Shown here piece by piece: positions 1 to 8,117 of a DNA stretch of 36,642 nucleotides (position 1 is its first letter; each line of letters starts with the position of its first letter). Below the pieces are notes generated by a model. It was not told the DNA's origin. It searched no databases and saw nothing but the letters and a program-made list of their open reading frames with translations. The stretch comes from a virus. Taxonomy: Duplodnaviria; Caudoviricetes. The translations under genes were made by a program, and so were the position numbers. The DNA lies in the IMG/VR virus record IMGVR_UViG_3300049009_000073, positions 1 to 36,642 of that record. One strand, written 5' to 3'.

Positions 1-38
1 AGCCGGCCTTCATTCAATAAACTAAAGGCAAAACAATC

Positions 39-137
39 ATGAAAAAAGCATTATTTTTAGATATCCTGGCGGCCGTCGTTATCGGCTTACTTTTAGCAGC
101 TGGCGCCCTGGCCTATTTTGACGTACTAGTGAAATAA
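39..137 (+). CDS. Small single-TM membrane peptide (32 aa, MKKALFLDILAAVVIGLLLAAGALAYFDVLVK)
   Basis: Translated by hand (below the ORF-track cutoff). AAAGG upstream; stop lies 1 nt before the next ATG; hydrophobic core. Confidence 0.7.
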   Translation: MKKALFLDILAAVVIGLLLAAGALAYFDVLVK

Positions 138-138
138 C

Positions 139-798
139 ATGCAAGTACACTTAACACTCAAAAGCGCAAACGTCAAAACCGGCCCAATACCGGTTTCAAC
201 AACTGAGCGCGACAGTTGCCCGGCCGATTGCCAAATGAAGGCCGAATGCTACGCGGCCAGCGGGCCACTGGCGCTTCATTGGGCCGCCGTATCAATGAAA
301 ACGCGCGGCACGTCCTGGGGCGAATTCTGCGAGACAATTGCCCGTTTGCCTGATAACCAAATTTGGCGTCATAACCAAGCCGGCGATTTGCCCCAAGTCA
401 ACGGCACAATTGACGCCGTGAAGCTGGGCCAACTTGTCGCGGCCAATAAAGATAAACGCGGGTTTACTTATTCGCACCATCGCGACGCCGCGTCTATTGA
501 CTGGATCCGGCACGCGAATAATTGGGGTTTCACTGTAAACCTAAGCGCCAATGATTTAAACGACGCCGATTATTTGGCCGATCAAAACGCCGGCCCGGTG
601 GTGGTGGTTTTGCCTAGCACGCAAAGCGAAAACCTAAAAACGCCAGCCGGCCGGCCCGTTGTCATTTGCCCAGCGACCCAGCGCGACGACGTGAGCTGCG
701 CGACGTGCCAATTGTGCCAGCGCCAGCGCGCGGCCATTGTAGGTTTCCCGGCGCATGGTTCGCGTCATCGCACAATCAATTTAAGGCTCGCATCATGA
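139..798 (+). CDS. Cys-rich phage protein of the Gp88/DUF7227 type (radical-SAM-like, probably Fe-S binding)
   Basis: 219-aa ORF with CPADCQMKAECY (CX3CX5C), WRHNQAGD, GFTYSHH, FTVNLSA and C-terminal CPA...CATCQLC...GFPAHG. Family recalled from motifs, not searched. Confidence 0.65.
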   Translation: MQVHLTLKSANVKTGPIPVSTTERDSCPADCQMKAECYAASGPLALHWAAVSMKTRGTSWGEFCETIARLPDNQIWRHNQAGDLPQVNGTIDAVKLGQLVAANKDKRGFTYSHHRDAASIDWIRHANNWGFTVNLSANDLNDADYLADQNAGPVVVVLPSTQSENLKTPAGRPVVICPATQRDDVSCATCQLCQRQRAAIVGFPAHGSRHRTINLRLAS

Positions 799-1028
799 AA
801 TTTTCAATAAATGACAAAGTAGCATTTTCCCGCGCCGTGGTCCGGCGCCTAGGTCACGATAAACCCACGGCCGACGCGCGCGGCGTGGTGGTGGCCGTCG
901 ACGGTCCGGTGGTGGCCGTTGATTTTGGCAATACTTTTATATTGCATGAAAACGGCGGCACGGTCCGATACGTGCCGGCGGCCAACTTAACTAAAATTTT
1001 AGCAAACGGGGTGATATATGACCATTAA
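795..1028 (+). CDS. Hypothetical protein (77 aa), SH3-like beta-barrel pattern
   Basis: ATGA overlap with the upstream stop puts the start at 795 (MKFSINDKV...RGVVVAVDGPVVAVDF...VPAANL), not 666. Confidence 0.7.
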   Translation: MKFSINDKVAFSRAVVRRLGHDKPTADARGVVVAVDGPVVAVDFGNTFILHENGGTVRYVPAANLTKILANGVIYDH

Positions 1029-1248
1029 AAGCATGCGGGCCAAATACCCTGGCCACTGTAGCCGGAGCGGCGCCCGGATAAACCCTGGCGACGATATCAA
1101 ATTTGACACTATCACGCGCCGCGCGTGGCTAGATGAGCCGGGCGACTCTCGCGTTGTTTTCTACGGTGACAATGGCCCGACCGTTTTTCACCGTAACCCG
1201 CGCGGCCGGTGTATAGACGCGCCGTGTTGCGGGTGTTGCACTATCTAG
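1018..1248 (+). CDS. Small Cys-rich hypothetical protein (76 aa)
   Basis: GGGGTG RBS; AKYPGHC...INPGD N-terminus and CIDAPCCGCC C-terminus. Confidence 0.8.
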   Translation: MTIKSMRAKYPGHCSRSGARINPGDDIKFDTITRRAWLDEPGDSRVVFYGDNGPTVFHRNPRGRCIDAPCCGCCTI

Positions 1249-1294
1249 CACGCGACTTTATGCGGCCCTGGTGGCCGTATAGGGGCGCGCGCTG
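1246..1294 (+). promoter_or_regulatory. Long intergenic RNA stem-loop (candidate RNase III processing site)
   Basis: CTTTATGCGGCC (1256-1267) pairs with GGCCGTATAGGG (1273-1284); extends to ~20 bp with two mismatches; no U tail. Confidence 0.45.
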
Positions 1295-1321
1295 GTGCGC
1301 GCTATAACCTAAGGGTAAAGT

Positions 1322-1471
1322 ATGAGCGAAGATTTAATGAACGCGCTGCAAGCGCTTATTTTCTATTCGGATCTTATCGCGCCGGACCTACCGGATAACG
1401 CGCGCGCCGATAATTTCCAGATCGCATTAGACAGAGCGCGCGAAGCGCTGGATAAGGTGGCCACATGTTAA
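1322..1471 (+). CDS. Hypothetical protein (49 aa, MSEDLMNALQALIFYSD...DKVATC)
   Basis: Translated by hand; AAGGG RBS; fills the gap and overlaps the next gene's start. Confidence 0.7.
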   Translation: MSEDLMNALQALIFYSDLIAPDLPDNARADNFQIALDRAREALDKVATC

Positions 1472-1785
1472 AAATGAGACTAGGACGGACAATTTATATT
1501 GTCAACGACGACCACGCCGGCGCGGTAATGAATGAGCACGCCAAATGCACCGGTAAGCATAAAATTGTGAAAAGTAAAGGCCCTGAGCGCCGATACTTTC
1601 CCGATTATTTTTATTCTACGGCCGATTATGTGACGCGCTATTACGCGCTCAATAGCGGCAAGGGCCACCAGGGCCGGGGCGCGCCGTACGGCAGCGGGAA
1701 CACCCTCACCGGCTTTTATGACAATCTAAACGAAGCGCCGACCACCTATTACACCGGAGAGGATTTATATGAAAACGAAGGATAA
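1465..1785 (+). CDS. Hypothetical protein (106 aa, Tyr-rich)
   Basis: ORF track; AAGGTGG RBS; operon-like packing. Confidence 0.75.
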   Translation: MLKMRLGRTIYIVNDDHAGAVMNEHAKCTGKHKIVKSKGPERRYFPDYFYSTADYVTRYYALNSGKGHQGRGAPYGSGNTLTGFYDNLNEAPTTYYTGEDLYENEG

Positions 1786-1978
1786 TCTACACCCACTGAT
1801 GCGCGAGATCATCGCGCCATGGGCGCCGCTCACGTATACCGACCATTATTATGTCGACCTGGGTTATAGGCACGAACTAGGCAAGGTCGACGACCACGAA
1901 TATAAGATGGCCCTGGCCGAAGGCCCCGAAGCGCGCCGCCTAATGCAGCGCGGCGCCATGGAGGCCATGATGCGATGA
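1769..1978 (+). CDS. Hypothetical protein (69 aa)
   Basis: ORF track; GGAGAGGA RBS. Confidence 0.75.
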   Translation: MKTKDNLHPLMREIIAPWAPLTYTDHYYVDLGYRHELGKVDDHEYKMALAEGPEARRLMQRGAMEAMMR

Positions 1979-2034
1979 TTTTCTTATTTGCGCTTATACT
2001 GGCGGCGTTGATTGCCATCCTTCTAGATCTTTAG
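1975..2034 (+). CDS. Hydrophobic micropeptide (19 aa, MIFLFALILAALIAILLDL)
   Basis: ATGA overlap with the upstream stop; GGAGG 10 nt upstream; ends just before the terminator. Confidence 0.55.
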   Translation: MIFLFALILAALIAILLDL

Positions 2035-2039
2035 AAGTT

Positions 2040-2068
2040 AAGGCCCCTAGCGATAGGGGCCTTTTTTT
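2040..2068 (+). terminator. Rho-independent terminator of the early operon
   Basis: AAGGCCCCTA-GCGA-TAGGGGCCTT followed by a T run, between convergent genes. Confidence 0.9.
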
Positions 2069-2070
2069 AT

Positions 2071-4365
2071 CTACTTAACCAGGCGCACGGCCATAGAAGC
2101 CGGTAGATCCTCGACCATGCGGCGCAGATCTGACTTACTCACACCGACCATATCCGGCGCGCAAAATAAATGCTTTTTGCTGGGGCAATCACCCGACGCG
2201 ACGCGGCCAAGATCGACCCACCCGGCCTCTTTAAGCGCATGCAGTAGCGCCGGCTGGGGAACCTTCACGCCGGCCGGAGCGGCGCCAGCCACGCGGTCAC
2301 ACAATGCATGGAAAGGCGACGCCACCACGCCCTTAGAAAACTCGCCCAAGCGCCCGCGCATCAGTTCGACAAGGTAACTTTCGGCCATGCTCATGCCATG
2401 CTCGACCAGGTTCAATTTGAATTCTGTCATCATCGGCGCCGCGCCTGGGTTAAAGGCGCTCACGTCGCGAGCGTGCAGCCAAGCGCCCACGGCCGCGAAC
2501 CCTCCGGTTTTGTACCACGCCCACATGCGGGCCGCTTCGTCAGTGCCCATGCGCGGGGCATGCGACCAAATGCACATCCAGCGGCGATCTTGAGAGTCTA
2601 GGCTAATTGGCACGGGGTCATTGGAAAAAGCAAGCACAAAAACCCGATTCGCCATTTGGTAGGGGTGCAGGCCCTTGCGATTCACCGTCAGCATTTCAGG
2701 CGGTGCGGCAATAATTGGCTTCAACTTATTGGCCAAGGCTCGGCGTTCTTTTGCGTCGGGTTCCTTCAATTCATTCAAAATCAAAATTTCAGATTCAAGG
2801 GCATAGCCAAATTGGCTGCTCATTGTGTCGTTGTCTAGCAGGCCACGGTTTTTAAGGTGGGGGCCGCACACGGCCCAAATGAACGGCGCCCACATGGTGT
2901 CTTTGCCCGACCCCTGGTCGCCGCCATGCAGCACGGCGTGATTGATCTTGATGCTGGGAAATTGGATCTTGAAGGCCATCACATTCAAGATGTGATCCAA
3001 CTCGCGCGCATCAGGCACAAGCGTTTTGCAGTGATCTAGCCATGGCCCCACATCGCCGGCGGCCACTGGGGGCCTTGCGTCGCGCCAGCGGTTGCCATAC
3101 AGATCACCATCACGTGCAACGATCACAGACTCACCGGCGGCATAAGTAATACCCACAAGGGCCTTTGCGCCGTATTTTTGGCGGTTCTCGTCAAAGCACA
3201 CCGACGCTTCAACCTTAGGGTTTTTACCATGTATGGACTTGCAAGATATGTGACGGTACAAAGCGTTGAAAGTCTGGCGCGAGATCTCGCGGCGGTCTTG
3301 CATGTCAAAATAAGACTCGTCGTCTTGAATGTAAGCAAAGCGCTCATACCACTGGGCCTTCTCAATGCGGCCCAGTTCTTTGCGCTCAACCTCGGCAATC
3401 ACGGCCGACGCGTCGTCGGTGAACATGTCGCTGGGTTTCAATTTGGACAACGCCGTATCCATGGCCAAGGTCAGCAACTCTTCGCGCAAACCTGGGGCAT
3501 GCTTGGGGCCGCCATTGTCAGCGACCCACTTTAGAAACGCGTTAGAGTCAAAGTCGATGCAGTGGCTATGCAGGCAACGGTAAGCGCGGTTTGCGGGCAT
3601 ATAGCGCCCTTCAGGGTTGCCATCTGTATGCTCGGCATTGTTGGGGCAGATCACACCGGCCCAGCCTTCATTGTTGGGGCGCGACAGTAGCGCGCCATGG
3701 CCACTAAGCCACGCCATAACGTCGTCAGCGCCGTCGTCAGACAAGCGGATCGGACGCACGCCGACCGATTCGGCAGGCGCTGGGGTCACATTCAGAGCGG
3801 TGCAGATTTGGTCGAGGGTAAAGTCACGCGACGGGTGAAACTCAACCAATTGCGCGGCAAAATTGTTGCGGTCGGGCTTTAGATTGATTGAGCCGGGCAG
3901 GCGGAAATTGCGCACGGCGTTGATGGCGCCAGCATCAGTGAAACCAGCGTCAGCAATTGCTTTAATGGCAGCGGCAAAATCGGCCTTGGTCGGCTGCTCA
4001 GAAAATGCATAACCCCACTGAAAAGAACCTGGCGACGTTTCAATTTTCCACGTCGGCTCCAGTGGCGGGATGGCCGCCTTCGTACCCACGTCATCCAACA
4101 CCATCACAAGCACATATTCACAGCAGGCCACGCTGGCGCTGGGGTAACCGTCTTTGAAGCGGTCGACAATGAAGCTGGCGGTGTTGCCATAGATCGCCCA
4201 GTCGGGCTTAATCTTAGACGTCGGCAACATGGCCGGCCATGTGCATTTGATCGCGCCGTCAGGGAAAAATTGCATCTGGCCATCTTTAAGCTGGGGCTTC
4301 TGACGCACGATCAGCGCAGTCTCACCCTCTGGCGCCAAAGAAATTAAAAATTCAAGAAAGTTCAT
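2071..4365 (-). CDS. Primase-helicase: N-terminal RepB-type (AEP) primase, Zn-binding segment, C-terminal SF3/D5-like (DUF5906) helicase
   Basis: VLDDVG, WKIETSPGSFQWGY and NFRLPGSINLK (primase); CPNNAEH...CLHSHC; Walker A GDQGSGKDT, Walker B ILILNE, LAFSN, DRRW. Confidence 0.85.
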   Translation of the reverse strand: MNFLEFLISLAPEGETALIVRQKPQLKDGQMQFFPDGAIKCTWPAMLPTSKIKPDWAIYGNTASFIVDRFKDGYPSASVACCEYVLVMVLDDVGTKAAIPPLEPTWKIETSPGSFQWGYAFSEQPTKADFAAAIKAIADAGFTDAGAINAVRNFRLPGSINLKPDRNNFAAQLVEFHPSRDFTLDQICTALNVTPAPAESVGVRPIRLSDDGADDVMAWLSGHGALLSRPNNEGWAGVICPNNAEHTDGNPEGRYMPANRAYRCLHSHCIDFDSNAFLKWVADNGGPKHAPGLREELLTLAMDTALSKLKPSDMFTDDASAVIAEVERKELGRIEKAQWYERFAYIQDDESYFDMQDRREISRQTFNALYRHISCKSIHGKNPKVEASVCFDENRQKYGAKALVGITYAAGESVIVARDGDLYGNRWRDARPPVAAGDVGPWLDHCKTLVPDARELDHILNVMAFKIQFPSIKINHAVLHGGDQGSGKDTMWAPFIWAVCGPHLKNRGLLDNDTMSSQFGYALESEILILNELKEPDAKERRALANKLKPIIAAPPEMLTVNRKGLHPYQMANRVFVLAFSNDPVPISLDSQDRRWMCIWSHAPRMGTDEAARMWAWYKTGGFAAVGAWLHARDVSAFNPGAAPMMTEFKLNLVEHGMSMAESYLVELMRGRLGEFSKGVVASPFHALCDRVAGAAPAGVKVPQPALLHALKEAGWVDLGRVASGDCPSKKHLFCAPDMVGVSKSDLRRMVEDLPASMAVRLVK

Positions 4366-6278
4366 TTGCCATACCTTTTCATAGTTTCTACTTCAGCGCT
4401 CAAAGGCAGGCCATCTGCCCATGCCGGCGCCGTACACATCACACGTTTTAATTCTTCTGCGGCGTTCGGGTTCGCCGTCTCTAATACAATTTCATCATGC
4501 ACATGCAGCACGACGTCATCCAGCTGGCGCAGGGCGTGGCGAAGCAAATCGTTGGCCACTGCCTGCGTTACATTTTCACATGCCAAGCCTTTCCACAGAC
4601 GGGCGCGTGGCCATTCTTTTGCATCTTGCGCTGGCTTCCATGCCGCTTTGGCATAACTGACGCCGTCTGATTCCAATTTGGCATAGGGGTAGCACAAAAT
4701 GCGGCCAGAGGGTAGGGCATACCATAGGTGCTGGCCATCATATAAATATGTTATACGGCCAGCCTTAAACTCACGCCCCTTGTTGCGCATGGCGCGGGTA
4801 TAGGATTCTTCTAAAGCCGACCAATAAGGTACAGACCAAGGATTAGCACGGCGCCAGCCATCAACCATTCGCTTGGCGACTGGCTCAGGGAGAGCGATGC
4901 CATAAGCGCGGCCCATAGCAGCAAAAGCACCGACCCCTCCAGCAAAACCGCACGCCAACTCTTGGACTTTCCCGATTTGTCTTTGATCTTTAGTGACGTC
5001 ATTGACTTTAATGTTGAACGTCGCGGCTGCATTAACTTTATAGACGTCTTCCCCAGTGCGGAATAATTCCAGTTTATCGGCGCCTCGTCCGGAAAGCCAC
5101 GGATTGACGCGGGCTTCGATGGCCGCCCAGTCGGCAACCACAAGATGTTTCCCTGCGGCGGGGATGATGGCGGGCCTGAGCATTCCTTTAAGTACATCGG
5201 TAACGCGCTTTCCATACCGAGGGACGATTGCGTGTCCTCTGACCATGGCGTGCCTGACGTCGTCGGGCTGTTCGGCGCACTTTCGGGTAAAGTTGTGGAC
5301 TTGGGCGCCGTAGGACGATGCTCGTCCTGTTGCTGAACCGCCTGCAAATACAAACGCTCCTCGGACTCGCTCATCTTCAATATCTGCCAAAGCTGCAAGT
5401 CGGCTGAATTTTGCAACGGAAGATGCCCAGAGATCATCTGCGCATTGGATAACTTCTTGGACGTCGGCTGGGACTTCATCGGGATTCTCCATTAAAAGTA
5501 AATTGGCTCGGACTGTTTTGTCAATCGAATATTTGCCGTCTTTCTCCATCAGCTTTTTGGCTTCTGGGCCGACACGCTCTAGCACCCACTCGCGCATGCG
5601 CGGCGACCGGACGCTGGCAATGGCGCCGCCGGTGACTTCTTGCACGATCTGCTCAATTTCAGTCAACTCGTCTGACGCGTACTTGACTGCGGCGTTGCAT
5701 AGCGGCACGTCCACCAGCACGCCCCTGTCGTTGATCTTTTCGTTGACGTGATAGTCGAGCAGTTCATCTGCGCTCAAGGGGCGCATGGCCTTGCTGACCG
5801 CACGCATGGCACGCACGTCCTGCTCACAGTAGGCGATCATCTCGGCCATAAGCGCGGGATCGTTGCGGAACGTGCCGTCGGCCTGTGGGATCGACAACAA
5901 GCGGATCAACTGCGCGCCTCTGTGGTCTTTTTTCATGGACGCGCCAGCAAAGCGGCCGACGTCCTCAAGTGAGCCAGGCGCACAGTTGGCACGGGCTTGT
6001 GCTGCGGTGCAAACAAACTGTTCAAGCTCAAAATTGACCCCCAACACATACCAAAAAATTAGGCGTTCAAATGCCGCGTTGTGAGCGTAGATTGGGCCAG
6101 TGTGACGACTAAGCAACCATGTGGGAAAAGGTTGATCAGGCGTCCACGTCACCACGTCTTCGTCGTCAAAAGCGTAAGACATGCACAGCACTTCGGTGCT
6201 GGCGTCCATGGCGTAGTTGTACACGCCCTTGGCGCGTAGGTCGCACATACTGCGCGTCTCGAAATCTAACCAAAGCAT
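4362..6278 (-). CDS. DNA polymerase, family A, with 3'-5' exonuclease
   Basis: Exo motifs DFET, AHNAAFER, YCEQDV; polymerase motif A DWAAIEARV, motif B RQIGKVQELACGF, motif C LHVHDEIV. SD spacing favours the second ATG (6278) over 6284. Confidence 0.95.
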   Translation of the reverse strand: MLWLDFETRSMCDLRAKGVYNYAMDASTEVLCMSYAFDDEDVVTWTPDQPFPTWLLSRHTGPIYAHNAAFERLIFWYVLGVNFELEQFVCTAAQARANCAPGSLEDVGRFAGASMKKDHRGAQLIRLLSIPQADGTFRNDPALMAEMIAYCEQDVRAMRAVSKAMRPLSADELLDYHVNEKINDRGVLVDVPLCNAAVKYASDELTEIEQIVQEVTGGAIASVRSPRMREWVLERVGPEAKKLMEKDGKYSIDKTVRANLLLMENPDEVPADVQEVIQCADDLWASSVAKFSRLAALADIEDERVRGAFVFAGGSATGRASSYGAQVHNFTRKCAEQPDDVRHAMVRGHAIVPRYGKRVTDVLKGMLRPAIIPAAGKHLVVADWAAIEARVNPWLSGRGADKLELFRTGEDVYKVNAAATFNIKVNDVTKDQRQIGKVQELACGFAGGVGAFAAMGRAYGIALPEPVAKRMVDGWRRANPWSVPYWSALEESYTRAMRNKGREFKAGRITYLYDGQHLWYALPSGRILCYPYAKLESDGVSYAKAAWKPAQDAKEWPRARLWKGLACENVTQAVANDLLRHALRQLDDVVLHVHDEIVLETANPNAAEELKRVMCTAPAWADGLPLSAEVETMKRYGK

Positions 6279-6286
6279 TGGCATCT

Positions 6287-6323
6287 CCTTTCCAATGGGC
6301 GCTCATAACGCCCATCAGAAAGG
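6287..6323 (-). promoter_or_regulatory. Hairpin occluding the polymerase Shine-Dalgarno sequence
   Basis: CCTTTCTGATGGGCGTT-ATG-AGCGCCCATTGGAAAGG: 15-17 bp stem with G-U pairs; the 3' arm contains AAGG of the AAGGAG SD. Confidence 0.7.
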
Positions 6324-6980
6324 TTACGCTGAACGGCGACGACGTGCAGGCGCTTTGGCAGCTTCCTGTTCGGCAGTTGGCCATGCTGGCTCATCAGCCT
6401 TGGGCTTTTCACCATCCATGGAAACCCACTCGACAACCTCAAACACTGGCGTGTAAATCTTGCCGTAGGATTTGTGGGCATAGTGGTCTTTCTTCAGACG
6501 CACGACAGGCACTGGCTTAGTCTGGTCTTTCTCGACCTGCTCGGCCAAGGCCACAGCCAAGGTCTGAACCGCACGCTTACCGCCCACTGACGTGGTGGTG
6601 AAACGCGCTTCCATGCCTTTGTCCTCGCCTGAGATGCACTTCAATGACATACCGACTTGGCTCTCCCAGCCCTTCTTGGCTGAAGGCGGCGCCTCATCCA
6701 AAGCAGGCAATGGATTGCTCACGCTGGTCATCTTCTCGCCCAGCACTTCGCCATCGCCCCAAGCGATGAAGCCATGCACGAATGAGAAAGGGTTAACCGC
6801 CCAAACAGCGTCGTCTTCTGCTTCGGTTTGATCTGCACCAAAGACCCAGTGGCCAGTCTTGTCCATTTTAATGATGACAACACCGGCTGGGCCGACCTCG
6901 GCTTGGATCGAACGCAAAGCGCTAGACAAAGTTGAAACGGCAGGCAAGTTTGCTTGAGAGAATGTTACTAGATTTGACAT
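6324..6980 (-). CDS. Putative single-stranded DNA-binding protein
   Basis: 218 aa, beta-rich (YGKIYTPVFEVVEW), in the usual SSB slot between the Cas4-like nuclease and PolA. Function inferred from gene order. Confidence 0.55.
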   Translation of the reverse strand: MSNLVTFSQANLPAVSTLSSALRSIQAEVGPAGVVIIKMDKTGHWVFGADQTEAEDDAVWAVNPFSFVHGFIAWGDGEVLGEKMTSVSNPLPALDEAPPSAKKGWESQVGMSLKCISGEDKGMEARFTTTSVGGKRAVQTLAVALAEQVEKDQTKPVPVVRLKKDHYAHKSYGKIYTPVFEVVEWVSMDGEKPKADEPAWPTAEQEAAKAPARRRRSA

Positions 6981-6989
6981 TATTAGTCC

Positions 6990-8117
6990 TTACTGTAGTT
7001 TAGAAAGGGCAGCAGATAACTGTTTGCCCAAGAGCATCACTTCGGGGCGTGGATCATCCACGCTTGCCAAAGTGTTACCTGACGAGATGGCGACCACTAG
7101 GTCTTCCGGTAGGCCGATCTTGCGCTTTTTAAGCGCCTTTTCGGCCTTGGCGGGGGAGACGACAGTTGTCTCCATCACTTCAGATTCTGTGAGGCCATAC
7201 GCAAACAAAGCAACCTTTGCTTTTTCGTCGTCTGACCATGACCGGATGGCACGCTTGGCCACCAGTTTGTATTCGGGTAACTTGGCGCCAGACTCAAGCA
7301 TCTGCAATGCCAAAGCGCGCAGGTCTTTGATCCAGTCTTCTAGCATATCAGCGGTCTTGAGGTAGTTGCTGATCTGAGGCGCTGGCAATGCTTCAATCTG
7401 CACCTTGAGCGTACGGTCAACAGCGCCGGTCATCAAAGGGCAGATTGGCTTGGCCGCGCACCAACGGCAATGGTCACCCACGGCCAACTTGGCGTCAGGT
7501 TTTTCAGCCTGCTTAACTGCCTGCACCAGTTCTAACTCAAACTGAGCAATGCGCTCAGGTGTTGTCACCCAGCGGCGCACTTCAGGCGGTTGCACAATGA
7601 CGCATTCGATCTCAGTGACGCCTTCAAACGCCCACTGCGCTTCTGGCGTGCGCATGGCAGCCGCCGCGTAGAACATCAGTTGCGGGTTTTCCTCAACTTC
7701 GACCATAACGCCGTCACCGAATTTCCAATCCAGTACAACGGCACGAGCGCCAAGACGACCGATAAGATCAGTAGAGCCAAAGACCCCGTCAAGCAAGTCA
7801 CCAAAATTGACGCTTGTCTCGGCTTCGATTTCCATGATTCGCTGTGGGTCGATTTCATCAAGCGCGTCCAATGCTGGTTTGATTTTAGTATCAATCAATT
7901 CTTGCGTCAGGACTTGGTCTTCATAGCGCGCGCCGAGGTAATGCTCAGGGGCTTCTTCACCCATGATGAGTTCGGCCATGACGTTGTGTAGGAGTGTACC
8001 TTCGTCAGCGTATTTGCTGGACGGCCTTGGCGGCATTTTCTGCACCAGCGCCACACTGCCGGGGCAGTTGATGACGCGCTTGGCTGTAGAGCCGCCGACG
8101 ATATTACTGTGCAACAT
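6990..8117 (-). CDS. Cas4-like PD-(D/E)XK exonuclease (DUF2800 type)
   Basis: CPGS, EGTLLH, FGSTD, VLDWKFG, QLMFYA, CRWCAAKPICP. Confidence 0.85.
   Translation of the reverse strand: MLHSNIVGGSTAKRVINCPGSVALVQKMPPRPSSKYADEGTLLHNVMAELIMGEEAPEHYLGARYEDQVLTQELIDTKIKPALDALDEIDPQRIMEIEAETSVNFGDLLDGVFGSTDLIGRLGARAVVLDWKFGDGVMVEVEENPQLMFYAAAAMRTPEAQWAFEGVTEIECVIVQPPEVRRWVTTPERIAQFELELVQAVKQAEKPDAKLAVGDHCRWCAAKPICPLMTGAVDRTLKVQIEALPAPQISNYLKTADMLEDWIKDLRALALQMLESGAKLPEYKLVAKRAIRSWSDDEKAKVALFAYGLTESEVMETTVVSPAKAEKALKKRKIGLPEDLVVAISSGNTLASVDDPRPEVMLLGKQLSAALSKLQ

Noticed and set aside
666-794. N-terminal extensions in the ORF track (666, 8328, 22193, 36283 starts)
   Set aside because: Downstream ATGs have better RBS or stop-start coupling; the extensions overlap other genes or promoters.
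4362-6284. Modified-base (e.g. 2-aminoadenine) replication system suggested by the unusual PolA motif B
   Set aside because: No PurZ, dATPase or other nucleotide-modification genes are recognisable in the window.
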